Assembly: GCF_006345805.1 (NCBI RefSeq)
Contig: NC_043000.1
Span: 30,752,001-30,816,000, forward strand
Direction: 5' to 3'
From: Octopus sinensis
Lineage: Eukaryota
DNA length: 64,000 nucleotides
The notes below the pieces were generated by a model. That model was not told the DNA's origin and made no database searches. It saw nothing but the letters and a program-made list of their open reading frames with translations. A program made the translations under genes and the position numbers. Below are positions 1 through 12,812 of this stretch, piece by piece (within the stretch, counting starts at the first letter, position 1; each line of letters starts with the position of its first letter).

Positions 1-666
1 TATTCTCCTCTCATCATGTTCCGGTCTTTATGCACCCCAATATTTTTTAATGCCTTTATCCGTCTCAAAGCAATCCATTCAGTTAAAGTTAAAATCCACC
101 TCGCTCCCTTTTTCTTTTGTCACCTATTTTCCCCGACATGATAACATTTACCAGTGACCCTGTCATTCAACCGACGTGACTCAACCATCATATTTTACAT
201 CATTTTGCCGCTTTTATGATTCTCTCTCACTTCCCCGTCTATCACCTACGCCCTTCTATCTCTCTCTCTTATTCTCCCTGCTCACTCACATTCATTCCCC
301 TTCTTTATCTCACACACTCCACTCCTTACTCTCCCTCTCTCCCCATCTCCCGTTTACAGCCAACGCATTGGATTAGTCCACTAGCCCTTCCAGGTAATAC
401 CAAGAATTCTGCGATTTCATTTCAAAAGCTAATAATTTTATGTCAATGTTTTATTCTCTTCTTTCCATATCTCACATCTAGATAACACAAATGTATTTAT
501 CATGGATTTTATTAAACTAAGCTTGTCACTCCTTGCAATACACGTGCTTCTCGACATATTATTCATATTCATCTTATATATGATACATACATACAAGCAT
601 ACTTATATACATGCATATATATATGTATACATATGTATATATACATAAAATTTTATAATTATAAGC

Positions 667-908
667 ATAATTATAATTAGGGTTCTGAAAAATTGTTTCA
701 CCACATACCGAACCGAAATTTAGAAATAGAAGTTAAATACTATTCTACTATCATAAGATATCTCCCATACAGCAATACTTCCAGCTCACGCAGACAAAGA
801 GAAAAAGATATTTGGGAGATATCTTATGGTAGTGGAATAGTATTTAACTGCTATTTCTAAATTTCGGTATGTGGTGAAGCAATTTTGCTGAACCCTAATT
901 ATAATTAT
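667..908. mobile_element. Foldback/MITE-like element (about 95-bp inverted arms)
   Basis: 667-767 (ATAATTATAATTAGGGTT...AAGATATCTCCCA) is the reverse complement of 813-908 with a few mismatches; related sequence at 9136-9504. Confidence 0.75.
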
Positions 909-1512
909 AGAATTTTTGTATAAGGTTACCGATAATGGTTCTTTTAACATACATACTACTTTGTAAAATTATTAATTTTTAATTTTACCCAGTGTATATA
1001 TATATATATATAAATGCTTTTTCCATTTAATCATATATATGTGTGTGAGAGTATGTGGAGGTAAAACTACAGAAATATATTTCCCTAGGAAAGTTTTACA
1101 CATACAAATGCACACAGACTCACAGAAAAATAAACACACTCACACTCACATATACACGAACACATACAGGTACATGAACGAACACACACGCACTCACACA
1201 CACACACAAAGAGAGAAGTGATAAAAAAAATTCTGGTTGCTTTAAAAAAAGTTCTCGTATAAAAATGGTTTTAATATCAAAAGGTTTCTGTGTTTAAACT
1301 TCAGTGCACGCGTTGGAACTAAAAGAAATTTTACAACAAAAGAGAAAATCATTACAAAGGACCGATTTTCAAATCACTGGTTTCTGCAAACAAACCACCG
1401 TATTATTATTTTTCTCTTTTTTATCTTTTTTTTTTTTTGCAAATCTGACATTGGTGATAATTCGTCCACCTATCTTCAATGTACCTTTAAAATCCTTTAA
1501 TTTACCTGCTAG

Positions 1513-1625
1513 GATTTCTTCAAGTTACATATGATATACCTTAATGGGTATCCCTGCTCGATTCCGAATCTTCTGCCAATTCATTGCAATGTTTCACCAT
1601 TATTCAAAAGTGAACAAATACACAG
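1513..1625 (+). CDS. Candidate exon of unidentified gene
   Basis: Pyrimidine-rich ...TTTACCTGCTAG acceptor, CAG|GTAACG donor; one frame open throughout (DFFKLHMIYLNGYPCSIPNLLPIHCNVSPLFKSEQIH); no homology recognised. Confidence 0.2.
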
Positions 1626-2178
1626 GTAACGACGAAACTCCAGCAATATATTCATGTATGTGTGTGTGTATTGTGTGTGTGCGTGTGTATGCCTGTGTCT
1701 GTATGCGTGTGTCTGTTAAATTGCGATTATAAATTTGAAGCAAATATGAGAATAATAAGAAAATATTTATGGAAACTCACTGCTGAAATTACTGTCGAAT
1801 CTATCGTAAATTTTAGCATTTACTGGGGAATGAAATTTCGCCTGAGACTTACTCAGACAAGTGAGGCTGCTTTAGAGATGTACATCGTAAATTAAGTCTT
1901 TTAGCTGAAGTCATTTCCCTAGTGAACCTTCTTAATCGCCCCTCAGTTCATTTCATAAGAACAACTGTTTGAAGATCAAAGCTACAAAGAGTAATCTAAT
2001 CTACACTGAACTAAATATAGCAAAACAGTCGCCTCCCTTTTGATTAAGAGTCTTAAGACCCATTCTAATTTGTCTCTGTATTCAGATGTTAGTTTTATTG
2101 AGTGTCTTTCGAAAGATATCTTCGTTGACATAATTTTCCCGAATATTTTATATTTCCAAGTGTCCCATAATTTGACTG

Positions 2179-2367
2179 TCTTTATTCTTTTATTTGTTTC
2201 AGTCATGCTGGAGCATCGGCTTTATTCGAGCAAATCAACCCCCAGGACTTATTCTTTGTGAGCCTAGTACTTATTTTATCGGTGTCTTTAACCGCTAAGT
2301 TACAAGGACTTGAACACACCACCGTCGGTTTTCAAGCGATGGTGGGGACAAATACACACACACACAC

Positions 2368-2428
<61 letters not shown>

Positions 2429-2582
2429 TACGGGCTTCTTTCAGTTTCCGTCCATCAAATCTACTCACAAGGCTTTGGTCGGCCCGAGGCTATACTAGAA
2501 GACACTTGCCTAAGGTGCCACTGAATCCGGAACCATGTGGTTGGTAAGCAAGCTACTTACAACACAGCTACTCCTGCGCCTA
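2179..2582 (-). mobile_element. tRNA-derived SINE family A (octopus OK/OR-type), with internal (TA)n
   Basis: Reverse complement of the GGCGCAGGAGTGGCTGTG head, GGCACCTTAGGCAAGTGTC core and GACTGAAACAAATAAAAGAATA tail; matches copy at 60202. Confidence 0.9.
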
Positions 2583-3113
2583 TAGCTATTTACACGCAGC
2601 CACTTCTGCGCCTGTCTACTTTTTACTTAAGAATTGAGAATGTTTCTTAAATGAGTTTCTTTTGTCTGTCCATTGTTAGGTGAGCATTAGTTTATTCATA
2701 AGACTGATGGCATCTCCAGCAAGTATTGCTTACCATTGAAAGTTTTCGTTCCATGTGACTCGATTATCACAAATATGTAGATTGACTAAAAATGCTGGTG
2801 AGTCTGCCAGTGTAATAAACAAAATGTGGTCCGAGTAACTTTCCTTGAGGTATACAAATTAATACTTGTACAGATAACTTTACCAATAAACAAAAGAAAA
2901 AACAGCCGTAGCAGCAGACCAAAGACAGAACCTGTTTTCGTGCGTTACTAAGATGCCTTAATCAACAACAGATGAATTTCGTGATCAATGTTGTTCAAAA
3001 CTTTAAACAAATTCGAGGTATATGCAGGCAATTTCCATATCTCTGTTAAGGAGATCGTTTTACCAGATAGCCTCATCCTGTCAAACACCATACTGTGGAC
3101 CATTTAAGATGAT

Positions 3114-3349
3114 GTTGTGTCTGGGGAGACTCATTTTCTTTTTGTGCCTTATAATGTAGCACACTCACGGGTAAAATTTCCACTTTTTTCTTACTTTCAT
3201 TTTCCTAAAATTTTCGTTGCATCTTGCAACCTTTTCAATAGTTTTGAAATATTTTTAGGAAAGTAAAAATAAGAAAAAAGTGGAAATTTTACCGGTGAGT
3301 GTGTTACATTATAAGGCACTAAAAGAGAATGACTCTCCCCAGACACAAC
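3114..3349. mobile_element. MITE/foldback element with about 90-bp TIRs
   Basis: GTTGTGTCTGGGGAGACTCATT...TTTCCACTTTTTTCTTA (3114-3207) inverts to 3255-3349; a solo right arm recurs at 37230-37300. Confidence 0.8.
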
Positions 3350-3707
3350 AGAATATGCTTCAATACACGAACTCATATAAAGAATGTTACAAACCAAATC
3401 CAAAAGCGAAATTTAAGATGCTGTTTTCCACAAAATACAGATGTATTCTTTTTCGGACAATCTTATATATAATCTTAATTTGTGTAATGTACAAGAAACA
3501 GATTTGTAATTTTAGCTTCGGCACTGCTATTTCTTTTCTCCTTATGTTCTTTTAGGTGCTAAATCTTTCAGTAGATCAGGAAATATGCTGATCTTCACGG
3601 TGTTTTGTGATAATATCTTTTGTAGCATGAAAATGCTACGTTATCCCGTTTAAAGGACAACGTAGCATTGTACCTTGTGCAGGATTGAATCTATGTCATT
3701 AACAGCC

Positions 3708-3764
<57 letters not shown>

Positions 3765-4005
3765 CATCTTCCTAGTTGTCCGATTTCTATACCTGTCAGT
3801 TTTCATGAAGCCAACTGGTTTAAAAATTCGGATAAGTACAATATCGTTTATAGGATGGAATAGAGTATTGCTGTCTGAGAAGATCGCAAATATGTGATGG
3901 GTTCGGATGTTCGGGTATTTGTGTGTGACACAGGAAAACAAAAAAAAGAAATTATACATTTTTCGCTGCAATGTTTTTCTTTCAGTGATCCTCAATGTGT
4001 GTGTG

Positions 4006-4048
<43 letters not shown>

Positions 4049-4441
4049 TCATTGTCTATGTTGGGTGATTATTTCTGTGTATTGCAGTATTTCTCTCTAC
4101 TTGTCTTCCCTTCACTTAGACAAACAACTAACTTACTCCTACTTGCAAAGCCAGCTACTTTCCTACATTGCTGAGAAACGTTTTTAATGGAGTAGCTGGT
4201 GATTACGTTGATAAATGTAGTAAAACATTTTTATTACAAATACACAAACGAGGAGTTTTTGATGTTGGTAATAAATATTTTTCTTTGGAGAATTTATATT
4301 CATTTCATCATTTTGTATAAGCACCAACAATTTTGATAAAAGTGAAATTATAAATATTGTCTGCATGCCATATCTCCTGATAGTAATCATGATGGCAAAA
4401 GTATACTTCCAAATGTACCCGGTCATATTACAAGTAGGAGC

Positions 4442-4762
4442 ACTCTGTCGGTTACGACGAAAAGTGTCCCAGCTGATACGATCAACGGAACAGCCTGCTC
4501 GTGAAATTAACGTGCAAGTGGCTGAGCACTCCAGAGACACGTGTACCCCTAATGTAGTTCTCAGGGAGATTCAGCGTGACACAGAGTGTGACAAGGCCGG
4601 CTCTTTGAAATGCAGGTGCAACTCATTTTTGCCAGTTGAGTGGATTGGAACAACGTGAAAAAAAGTGCCTTGCTCAAGGACACAACGCGTCGCCGGGAAT
4701 CGAACACATGACCTTACGATCGTGAGCCCAATGCCCTAACCACTAAGCCACGCTCCTTCACT
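4442..4762 (-). mobile_element. tRNA-derived SINE family C, full length
   Basis: Minus-strand head GTGAAGGAGCGTGGCTTAGTGGTTAGG (A box) ... GTTCGATTCC (B box), then TGTGTCCTTGAGCAAGGCAC conserved central domain. Confidence 0.9.
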
Positions 4763-4789
4763 TACAAATAATGCTCTAGTATATAGTAA

Positions 4790-5545
4790 TTCTTTCAAAT
4801 TTCGGCACAAGGCCAGCAACTTTAGTGGAGGAGTTTACTTAACTACCTGAGTGATCAACTAGAACTTATTGCAAAGTCGACCTCGGTAGAATTTGAACAG
4901 AGAACTTGAAAGACCGGAAAATAATGTTGCTTAGCGTTTTGTTTCGACGCGGTAACTATTCTACTAGCTCGCCAACTTAATCTAATATTAAGGAATGGCC
5001 TTAAATTATGGTACAAGGCCAGTTGTTTCAATGGCATCAACAGAATTGCTCAACTAGTACTTATTTCATCTACCCCGAAGGAGGAAGGGTAAAAATTAAC
5101 CTCACCAGAATTTTCACTTAAAACGTAATTTGGGACGAAATACCTGTTTCTATTTCTTTACTACCTACAAGGGGGCTAAACACAGAGAGGACAAACAAGG
5201 ACAGACAAACGGATTAAGTCGATTAATTCGACTCCGAAAGGATGAAAGGAAAAGTTGAACTCGGAACGTAACAGCACACGAAACACCGCTGAACATTTTG
5301 CCGGTGTTCTAACTATTCTTGTTTCTTTACTGCCCACAAGGAGCTACACACAGAGGGGACAAACAAGGACAGACAAACGGATTAAATCGATTATATCGAC
5401 CCCAGTACGCAATTGGTACTTAATTTATCGACCCCGAAAGGATGAAAGGCAAAGTTGACCTCGGCGGAATTTGAACTCAGAACGAAATATCGCCAAGCAT
5501 TTTGTCTGGGTCTGCTTACGATTCTTCCTGTTCTCCGCTTTCTCA
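4790..5545 (-). mobile_element. Cluster of SINE family B copies with repeated internal unit
   Basis: Repeated GAAAGGATGAAAGG...GACCTCGGCGGAATTTGAACTC and GGACAAACAAGGACAGACAAACGGATTAA motifs. Confidence 0.85.
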
Positions 5546-6405
5546 GTAATATTTAATAAGATACAGTATTATAAATAACAATTAACAAGAATCTGACAAT
5601 GTATATTAAAGAATACATTCAATTGATACACTGTAAACTATACGAGACGTTGATGAAATTGACGAGGAAATAGTAAAATTCCTGGACTAAATATATTAAA
5701 AGAACAAGGAGATTTTATTAAAAAATTCCATTTTCCAATCGCCGTTCATTATTGAAAGAAAACCATATTGACAGGCGAGACAATACGATAAAGAGGAAGG
5801 AGAAAAGATTTTGATGAAAGTCAAGTATATTAAAATACAAAACAGAACCAAAATAGTGAAGAATATAGTGAGAGGTGATAGAGTTCAAAATCTAAGAATA
5901 TAAGAATATAAAACCAACGTTGCTAATTATAGGCGAAACTGGAATGAGAAACAGATGATAGAGTTTTGTGTAATTGAAACTATGCAAATAAAAAAAAATA
6001 CAAATGAAATTTCAATCTTATCTTTTGTAGGTTAAATTAAGACGTGATCGAACCAATAAATTTAAATATATAATTTGATTTGTAGACTATATTCTCTTCT
6101 TTTTGCTGTTTGTTGGGGTTCTTTTTATAACATTTTTTCATTAAGTGTCGCCATAGATCACGAAAAGTGGAAAATGGAGTAGAAATATCTCAAAGAATTA
6201 ATAAAAGACTAGAAAATTACAAGTGTAAATAAATTGGTAAATAAGCGAGATAGTTAAAGAGTAGCGTCCTATAAATTGTATTGGTTCAGTAGCTGAGAAA
6301 TGTTTTAAACAAACATCAATAAACTGATAAATGTCTGTATTATGATAGATAATAGAGGCACATGGCTTCTATTGTTTAGGACAGCATAGTACCTGGCTGG
6401 TACTT

Positions 6406-6820
6406 AGGCGGCGAACTGGCAGAAACGTTAGCATGCCGGGCGAAATGCTTAGCGGTATTTCGTCTGCCGCTACGTTCTGAGTTCAAATTCTGCCGAGGTC
6501 GACTTTACCTTTCATCCTTTCGGGGTCGATAAATTAAGTACCAGTTACGCACTGGGGTCGATGTAATCGGCTTAATACCTATGTCTGTCCTTGTTTGTCC
6601 TCTCTGTGTTTAGCCCCTTGTGGGTAATAAAGAAATAGGTATTTCGTCTGCCGCTACGTTCTGAGTTCAAATTCCACCGAGGTCGACTTTACCTTTCATC
6701 CTTTCGGGGTCGATTAAATAAGTACCAGTTACGCACTGGGGTCGATATAATCGACTTAATCCGTTTGTCTGTCCTTTTTGTCCTCTCTGCGTTTAGCCCC
6801 TTGTGGGTAGTAAAGAAATA
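6406..6820 (+). mobile_element. SINE family B with tandem about 183-bp internal duplication and probable TSD
   Basis: Head AGGCGGCGAACTGGCAGAAACG, B box GAGTTCAAATTC; units 6455-6637 and 6638-6820; GGTACTTAGGC repeated at 6399-6409 and 6821-6831. Confidence 0.92.
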
Positions 6821-7288
6821 GGTACTTAGGCCATCAACCGCGGGAGGACTAGTGAGATCATTGACCTAAGTTCGATTCAAAATCAGAACTTAAAGATGTA
6901 TAACTAAAAGCAGCAAGGAGCTTGTTCAGACTCTAGCGGATCTATAGGTTTACTATCCTTATAAATGTATTAATTTCTGTCAACACTTGGGAGAATAGAT
7001 GGAAACATGACTTTGGTTGGATCCAAAATCGGAAAGTAACGTAAAGAATACTGAATCTAACAACCCACTTGCCTAATAGATGTAATAATGCTTATCAACC
7101 CAGGGACGATGAATGCAATAGGAACGTAGAGGCGTAACTAAATAGACTGAAGCAGTTATTACCAAATCTATGAATTTACTTAATTTTTCAAGTGTGTTAA
7201 TAGAAATATAAGCATGTAAAGATTCAATGAATTTCAACTTTGTTAAATATAAAGATAGACGCATTTAAATCGACCAACTGTTAATATA

Positions 7289-7319
<31 letters not shown>

Positions 7320-7591
7320 ATTTATATATAGAGGACATTATTATACATACATGCCACACGCTACGAGGGACAATTAGTCATTTCTACCAAAAATTTTACT
7401 TATCATATCCAATGCAATTTTTTCAAAGCAAGACATTTAAAAAATGAATTTAATCTTGTATCACCTGTGATTTCGTACTTACCGCCATTAGCGACCGTAC
7501 TCGTCAGCAAGATTGATTCTGAACATATCATAAATAAACGACCTGATAATTTCTTGTTAAGATTCCTTATTAAGAAGTTGTCCTTAATTGT

Positions 7592-7657
<66 letters not shown>

Positions 7658-7667
7658 CATATATATA

Positions 7668-7710
<43 letters not shown>

Positions 7711-7839
7711 TGTATGTATGTATTATGTATGTATGTATGTGTATACACACACACACACACACACATATGTATACACATATAAAAATACAAAAGGGGACAA
7801 GAACGCAAAACATTCAACTAGACTATACAAAAAACACGG

Positions 7840-8110
7840 ACGGGTCATTCAAAGCCTTTAATCTTCAGTCAAGAACCGGATCATCCTCGCAATTTCGGCT
7901 GATTAATTGTGAGATTGCTCCAATCCGGCCAGCCCCAAGGAAAAACTAAGCTAAGAGCATTAGATTCCTTGGAAAATGGATCGAATGTATACGAAACAAG
8001 GACAGAAAAACGGACGATATTACACGAATATAAATACAATAAACAAAATCTAATACGAATATAAATACAAAAAACAATAATAGTAATAACAGGACATAAC
8101 AACAGGCGTC
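7840..8110 (-). mobile_element. Fragment of Penelope-like terminal repeat family
   Basis: Reverse complement of 49640-49790 (CCAAGGAATCTAATGC...TTCCTTGGGGCTGGCC...CAGCCGAAAT...GACTGAAGA); assignment to the Penelope class is inference. Confidence 0.5.
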
Positions 8111-8831
8111 TTTCGACTGGAGAATGTATGTATGCTTGTATTTATGCAGATATAATAAGTAGATTATATGGGACTACACAATCTGGAAATTGAAATTCAA
8201 CCTACGGAAATTATCTCAGATTGTATAATAGAGTAGTCAAGATTTGAAAAAGTATAATATAACTATAAACTTCTGAACCTTCAATCTATTGGAGCCTGAT
8301 AATCTAATAATGAAAACGATTTCCAAATGGATGTGTCACTTCATTAGGAAAAATAACTTCTGAAATTACGTTTTGTTTTCCAGTTGCATTTTCTTAGAAG
8401 CTTTAAACTTAATATTTACTCCATCTATTTCGTTTTGATTTCCTTTATAGTTTAGATAATCAACTCCAGTCTCAGTCTGAGAATCGATCAATTAGAGTAT
8501 TGTAGCGGAAGATGTCTTATTTCTGGCTGTGATATCTTAACTGAATAAATAACACACCGACTGAACTGAAAGAATATATATATTGTCAGTCTAAAGTTGA
8601 AATAAGCAACAGAGATACAAAATAATAATAAAATAGTGTGAGATTATTCGATGACAGCGAATGAAAAAACAGCAAAAACATTAGTTGCATCAAAAGCGAA
8701 AAATCACTGACTGTGGGTTTATAGATAAATACATTAGGATATAATATTTCGTTTCGTTTATGAATTAACATGATTTCCAACAAATCAGAAAATACATGGT
8801 TCTAAAATTTGTTCATTTACTTCTTTTGTTT

Positions 8832-9070
8832 GTAAGGTCGTGAGTGCGATTCCCGGCGACGCGTTGTGTCCTTGAGCAAGGCACTTTATTTCACGTTGCT
8901 CCAGTCCACACAGCTGGCAAAAATGAGTTGCAACTGTATTTCAAAGGGCCGGCCTTGTCACACTCTGTGTCACGCTGAATCTCCCTGAGAACTACATTAG
9001 GGGTACACGTGTCTCTGGAGTGCTCAGCCACTTGCACGTTAATTTCACGAGCAGGCTGTTCCGTTGATCG

Positions 9071-9071
<1 letters not shown>
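8832..9071 (+). mobile_element. SINE family C, 5' truncated
   Basis: GTAAGGTCGTGAGTGCGATTCCCGGCGACGCGTTGTGTCCTTGAGCAAG...GCAGGCTGTTCCGTTGATCG. Confidence 0.9.
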
Positions 9072-9121
<50 letters not shown>

Positions 9122-9135
9122 CTCATTACAGATAT

Positions 9136-9504
9136 AGGGTGAAATATAATTAATTTTATAAAATCAACAACTTTCACCAAGTAGTATTTCGGTATGCAAA
9201 AGGACCATATTCGGTAAAAACTTATATAATTATAACAGTAAGGGTTTTTGCAACAAGTTGCTTGACCACATACCGAAAATTTTAGAAATAGCAGCCAATG
9301 GACTACTATTTCCTTTTTCTACAAAAATAATTCTCCACAGACAACAATATTGGTAACTCACATATAGCAAAAAATGAAGGAAAATAATGAAATCAAACAG
9401 TCTTCGGTGATTATTTCACTCACTTCAATGATTATTTCACCCCTACGACAAAACTACGAATCTTTTGCAACTTGTTGCAAAACCCTTATTGTTATAATTA
9501 TATA
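9136..9504. mobile_element. Foldback/MITE-like element, same family as 667-908
   Basis: Inverted repeat 9223-9261 vs 9467-9504; shared CACATACCGAAA..TTTAGAAATAGCAG motif. Confidence 0.65.
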
Positions 9505-9561
9505 TATATATAATATATATATATATAGATATATATATATATATATATGTATGTATGCATG

Positions 9562-9630
<69 letters not shown>

Positions 9631-10063
9631 ATATATATATATATATAAGTTAATATATTTTTTACATACTGATGCGCTGGTCGAGTCAGCAGTTTGAAAG
9701 ATTTTAGCCTATATAATTTTTCATTTACCAGAACAACAATAAAGAGGCATGGAGCCGTGATTATAAAAAAAAGATTAGGAGGTCAGCTTCTTAAGGGTTT
9801 TTTTCTGGATTCAATTTTACTGCTTGGCTTTTGGGGCAAGTGATGTCCATCATGTCCTCGAATTGTGTTTAGTTTTGGGGTGAAATTTGTTGGACTTGAA
9901 ATGTGTGGAATACTACTCATGGACTTATTTCTATTTTGCGATGGCAGATTTAATCTGTGGTGCTCTTTAATACCTCCATGTGAACCACGAATGGCCTTTT
10001 GATTGGTCACTGTATTGAAACAGTTTGGACCAAGTAAATATTTTTATCTTTTTTTTCTCGCAG

Positions 10064-10120
10064 GTAACAATAATCTTGAAAATGATCGTGATCTCTGATT
10101 AGGATTTCTTGACTACCCAC
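10064..10120 (+). CDS. Candidate terminal exon of unidentified gene
   Basis: Strong acceptor TTTTTATCTTTTTTTTCTCGCAG; GNNNLENDRDL* (phase 1) or VTIILKMIVISD* (phase 0); AATAAA at about 10112. Confidence 0.25.
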
Positions 10121-10416
10121 AAATAAAAAAAAATGAAGTCATATAGTTGAAATAAATCAGAATAATAATTGAGTCTCATCATCAACTAATTTATTTCCTA
10201 TGCATTCACGATCATCAGTGATTTAAATTTATCTTTAAATTAGATCGTTATGTTTTTCGCAGTATTCAAAAAATAATTCAACAGATAAAATTTCAATCTG
10301 TGCATTTCTTGATAGTAGAAAGGAACGTTTTCAATGTAGAATATTGGAACACAACTACAATAGAGACGTAAAACCATTTTTAAATGACGTCAGAAAATCA
10401 TTATATGCATACATAC

Positions 10417-10483
<67 letters not shown>

Positions 10484-10485
10484 CG

Positions 10486-10524
<39 letters not shown>

Positions 10525-10809
10525 GTAATAACAGAAAGGAGGAATTACGATTATCCCCACGTTGTGAGTTGTAATATATATAAGAAATTAAAAAAGGAAA
10601 ATACGCAGACTTTACATAGTTTTAATATAATTTTTAATACATCGACCGGTTTCGTTATCGCTATTCATGATATTATAGTTTACGTATTTGAATATGTATT
10701 TTCTTAAGAAGAAATTTTGTCCATCTTGTGTGTGATCATATTTACGAGTGGATGACTTCACAAGTAGAAAAATAAAGGGAGGTAATTGGTTATCACTATC
10801 ATTGTTATT

Positions 10810-12658
10810 GTTATGAGCAAGGGAGATAACTGTTCAGCTTTTGATAAGAGGAGGGGAATATATATGTACAAAAAGAAAAAAAAGATTTCGAAAAACCTTG
10901 AACTCCATCTGGTCCCGGGGCCTTCCAGTTGCTCATTTTTTTGCTGATTTCTTTCACTTCCCTCACTGAAATTACTAGTTCTGTCTGTTTTGGACAGACT
11001 ACTGCTTGCTTCAGTTCTTGCAACTATTCAGCATCCTTCTTGTGCTCCTTGTCTTTGCTCCAGATGTCACTCCAAAACCTTTGACTTTTGATGTTATCTG
11101 ATATCAACTTTTCATCTGTAGACCCTTCATTTATTTCTATATAGAATTTCTTCTGATCTACTCTGAATAACCTATTCTGGTGGTATCCCTTCATTCTTTG
11201 GTCGTATCTTACCATCTTTGCTTTCTTTGCTTACTTTAGGCGCTGTTTCAATTCCTCCATTACTACTTTCAGGCCCTTTCTTTGAATATTATACTTCCCT
11301 TTCAGCGCCCTGTATTTTTGTTCGCTTTTAAGCACCCCCTCCCTTTCTCTTTTCGGTCTAACACAGATTTCCTTCGCTAGCACGTCTGACCCTGCCTATA
11401 TTCTTCTTTTCCACCATGGATCTTTTCTTTTGTCACTCCCATTGTATTTCTTTTTCTTGACATCGACATCCACATTTTCTGTTACAACAATACTTGCTGC
11501 CCTGATCAAATTATTTGTTTCTGTGATGTTGTTTGTTCTGATGTATTTCAGAATTTCATTGACATCTTTCGTTTCTTGGTTCAATTTCCATCGATCAACC
11601 TTTTTAAATACTGATAGGGCACAGAAAGTGTGTCTATAGCCAGCTGGAGGAGGTGTCCTCCTGGGGCTACAAACTACAGTAGCATCCACCCTTAGGGGTT
11701 AGCCATATTTAAATGGCCGGCCTTGTCACTCTCTGTGTCACACTGAATATTCCCGAGAACTACGTTAAGGGTACACGTGTCTGTGGAGTGCTCATCCACT
11801 TACACGTTAATTTCACAAGCAGGCTGTTCCGTTGATTCGGATCAACCGGAACCCTCGTCGTCGTAACCGACAGAGTGCTTCCTCCTAAATACTACAAATA
11901 CTACATATTTAAATACGTCACGATGTGTTGCAGCTACTGTTTATAACTCGCTCTAAGATTTATTATTAACCTTTTTAAGGCTTCGAATAATGTCGCTATC
12001 GTACCACTGTAGTCTTACCTTTATTCTGTTGTCGATTGCCTTTTGTTCATATGTCATTTCGCTATTATTTTTATTGTCTTCTTTTCGATCATCTATATGT
12101 CTCTCATCAAGTAAACTACGACTGCTCCTTTCCTGTGCTATGAGATTACTCTTATTAGTAAGAACTCTATTTTCATTCTTATCTCTGCTGCTATTGTCCA
12201 TGACCAGTCTTTAAATTGCTTTTTCTTATTGCTCTAGCTTGATCACATAGTCACTGTTCCGTGAGATGGAACAATTCCTTTTCTCTCCAATTATCATACA
12301 TACTTTGTCGGTAGCCCCTAATTTGAGCACCATTTGCATCTACCAGGTTGCTCAGGTAGTAACACTCTATGACCAAAGCATTAATTTGTTTGCTCCATCT
12401 ACGCCGTGTGTGGTGGTCCCTTTCTGGATATCGACAGGCTGGAGCCGGACCAGTATCATTATCTCTGAGCCTACCGGGTATAACACTGTCACCATTGAGG
12501 GCTTCAGTTTCATTACCACCGTTATTCACAACATTTTGTTTCTTCATTGCCCCTCATATGATGTAGCGATTATCAGGTTGCGCAATTACCAGTGTTTTTA
12601 TTGTGACACCATCACTAGATGTATCCTTATTAGCCCATAAGGAGACTCCACAAGTTTC
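10810..12658 (-). mobile_element. R4/Dong-like (RLE) non-LTR retrotransposon, 5' half, decayed, interrupted by a SINE
   Basis: ORF pieces RRRWSKQINALVIECYYLS..RGYRQSMYDNW..EQ*LCDQARAI, KDPWWKRRI, QNRLFRVDQKKFY, MSNWKAPGPDGVQGF; (TAA)n 5' flank. Confidence 0.85.
11715..11903 (+). mobile_element. 5'-truncated SINE family C inserted in the LINE, with 11-bp TSD
   Basis: CATATTTAAAT at 11704-11714 and 11904-11914. Confidence 0.9.
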
Positions 12659-12812
12659 TTTTCATTATTATTATTATTATCATCACTGATATCACTGGTA
12701 TTATTGTTTTTATGTGTAGTAGTAGCAGTGGTTGCAGCAACGACAACAGTAGCAGGGGTGGGGGGTATTGGCAAGGGTGATAGTTGGGCCTCAGATTTCT
12801 ATGCTATCATAA

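Noticed and set aside
4690-4762. tRNA gene
   Set aside because: The tRNA-like head continues into a SINE body; no full cloverleaf or terminator
6455-6820. CRISPR-like or tandem gene-like direct repeats
   Set aside because: SINE internal unit duplication with no spacers; eukaryotic context
7476-7545. Minus-strand exon ending in G|GTAAGTAC
   Set aside because: Weak acceptor, no partner exons or homology
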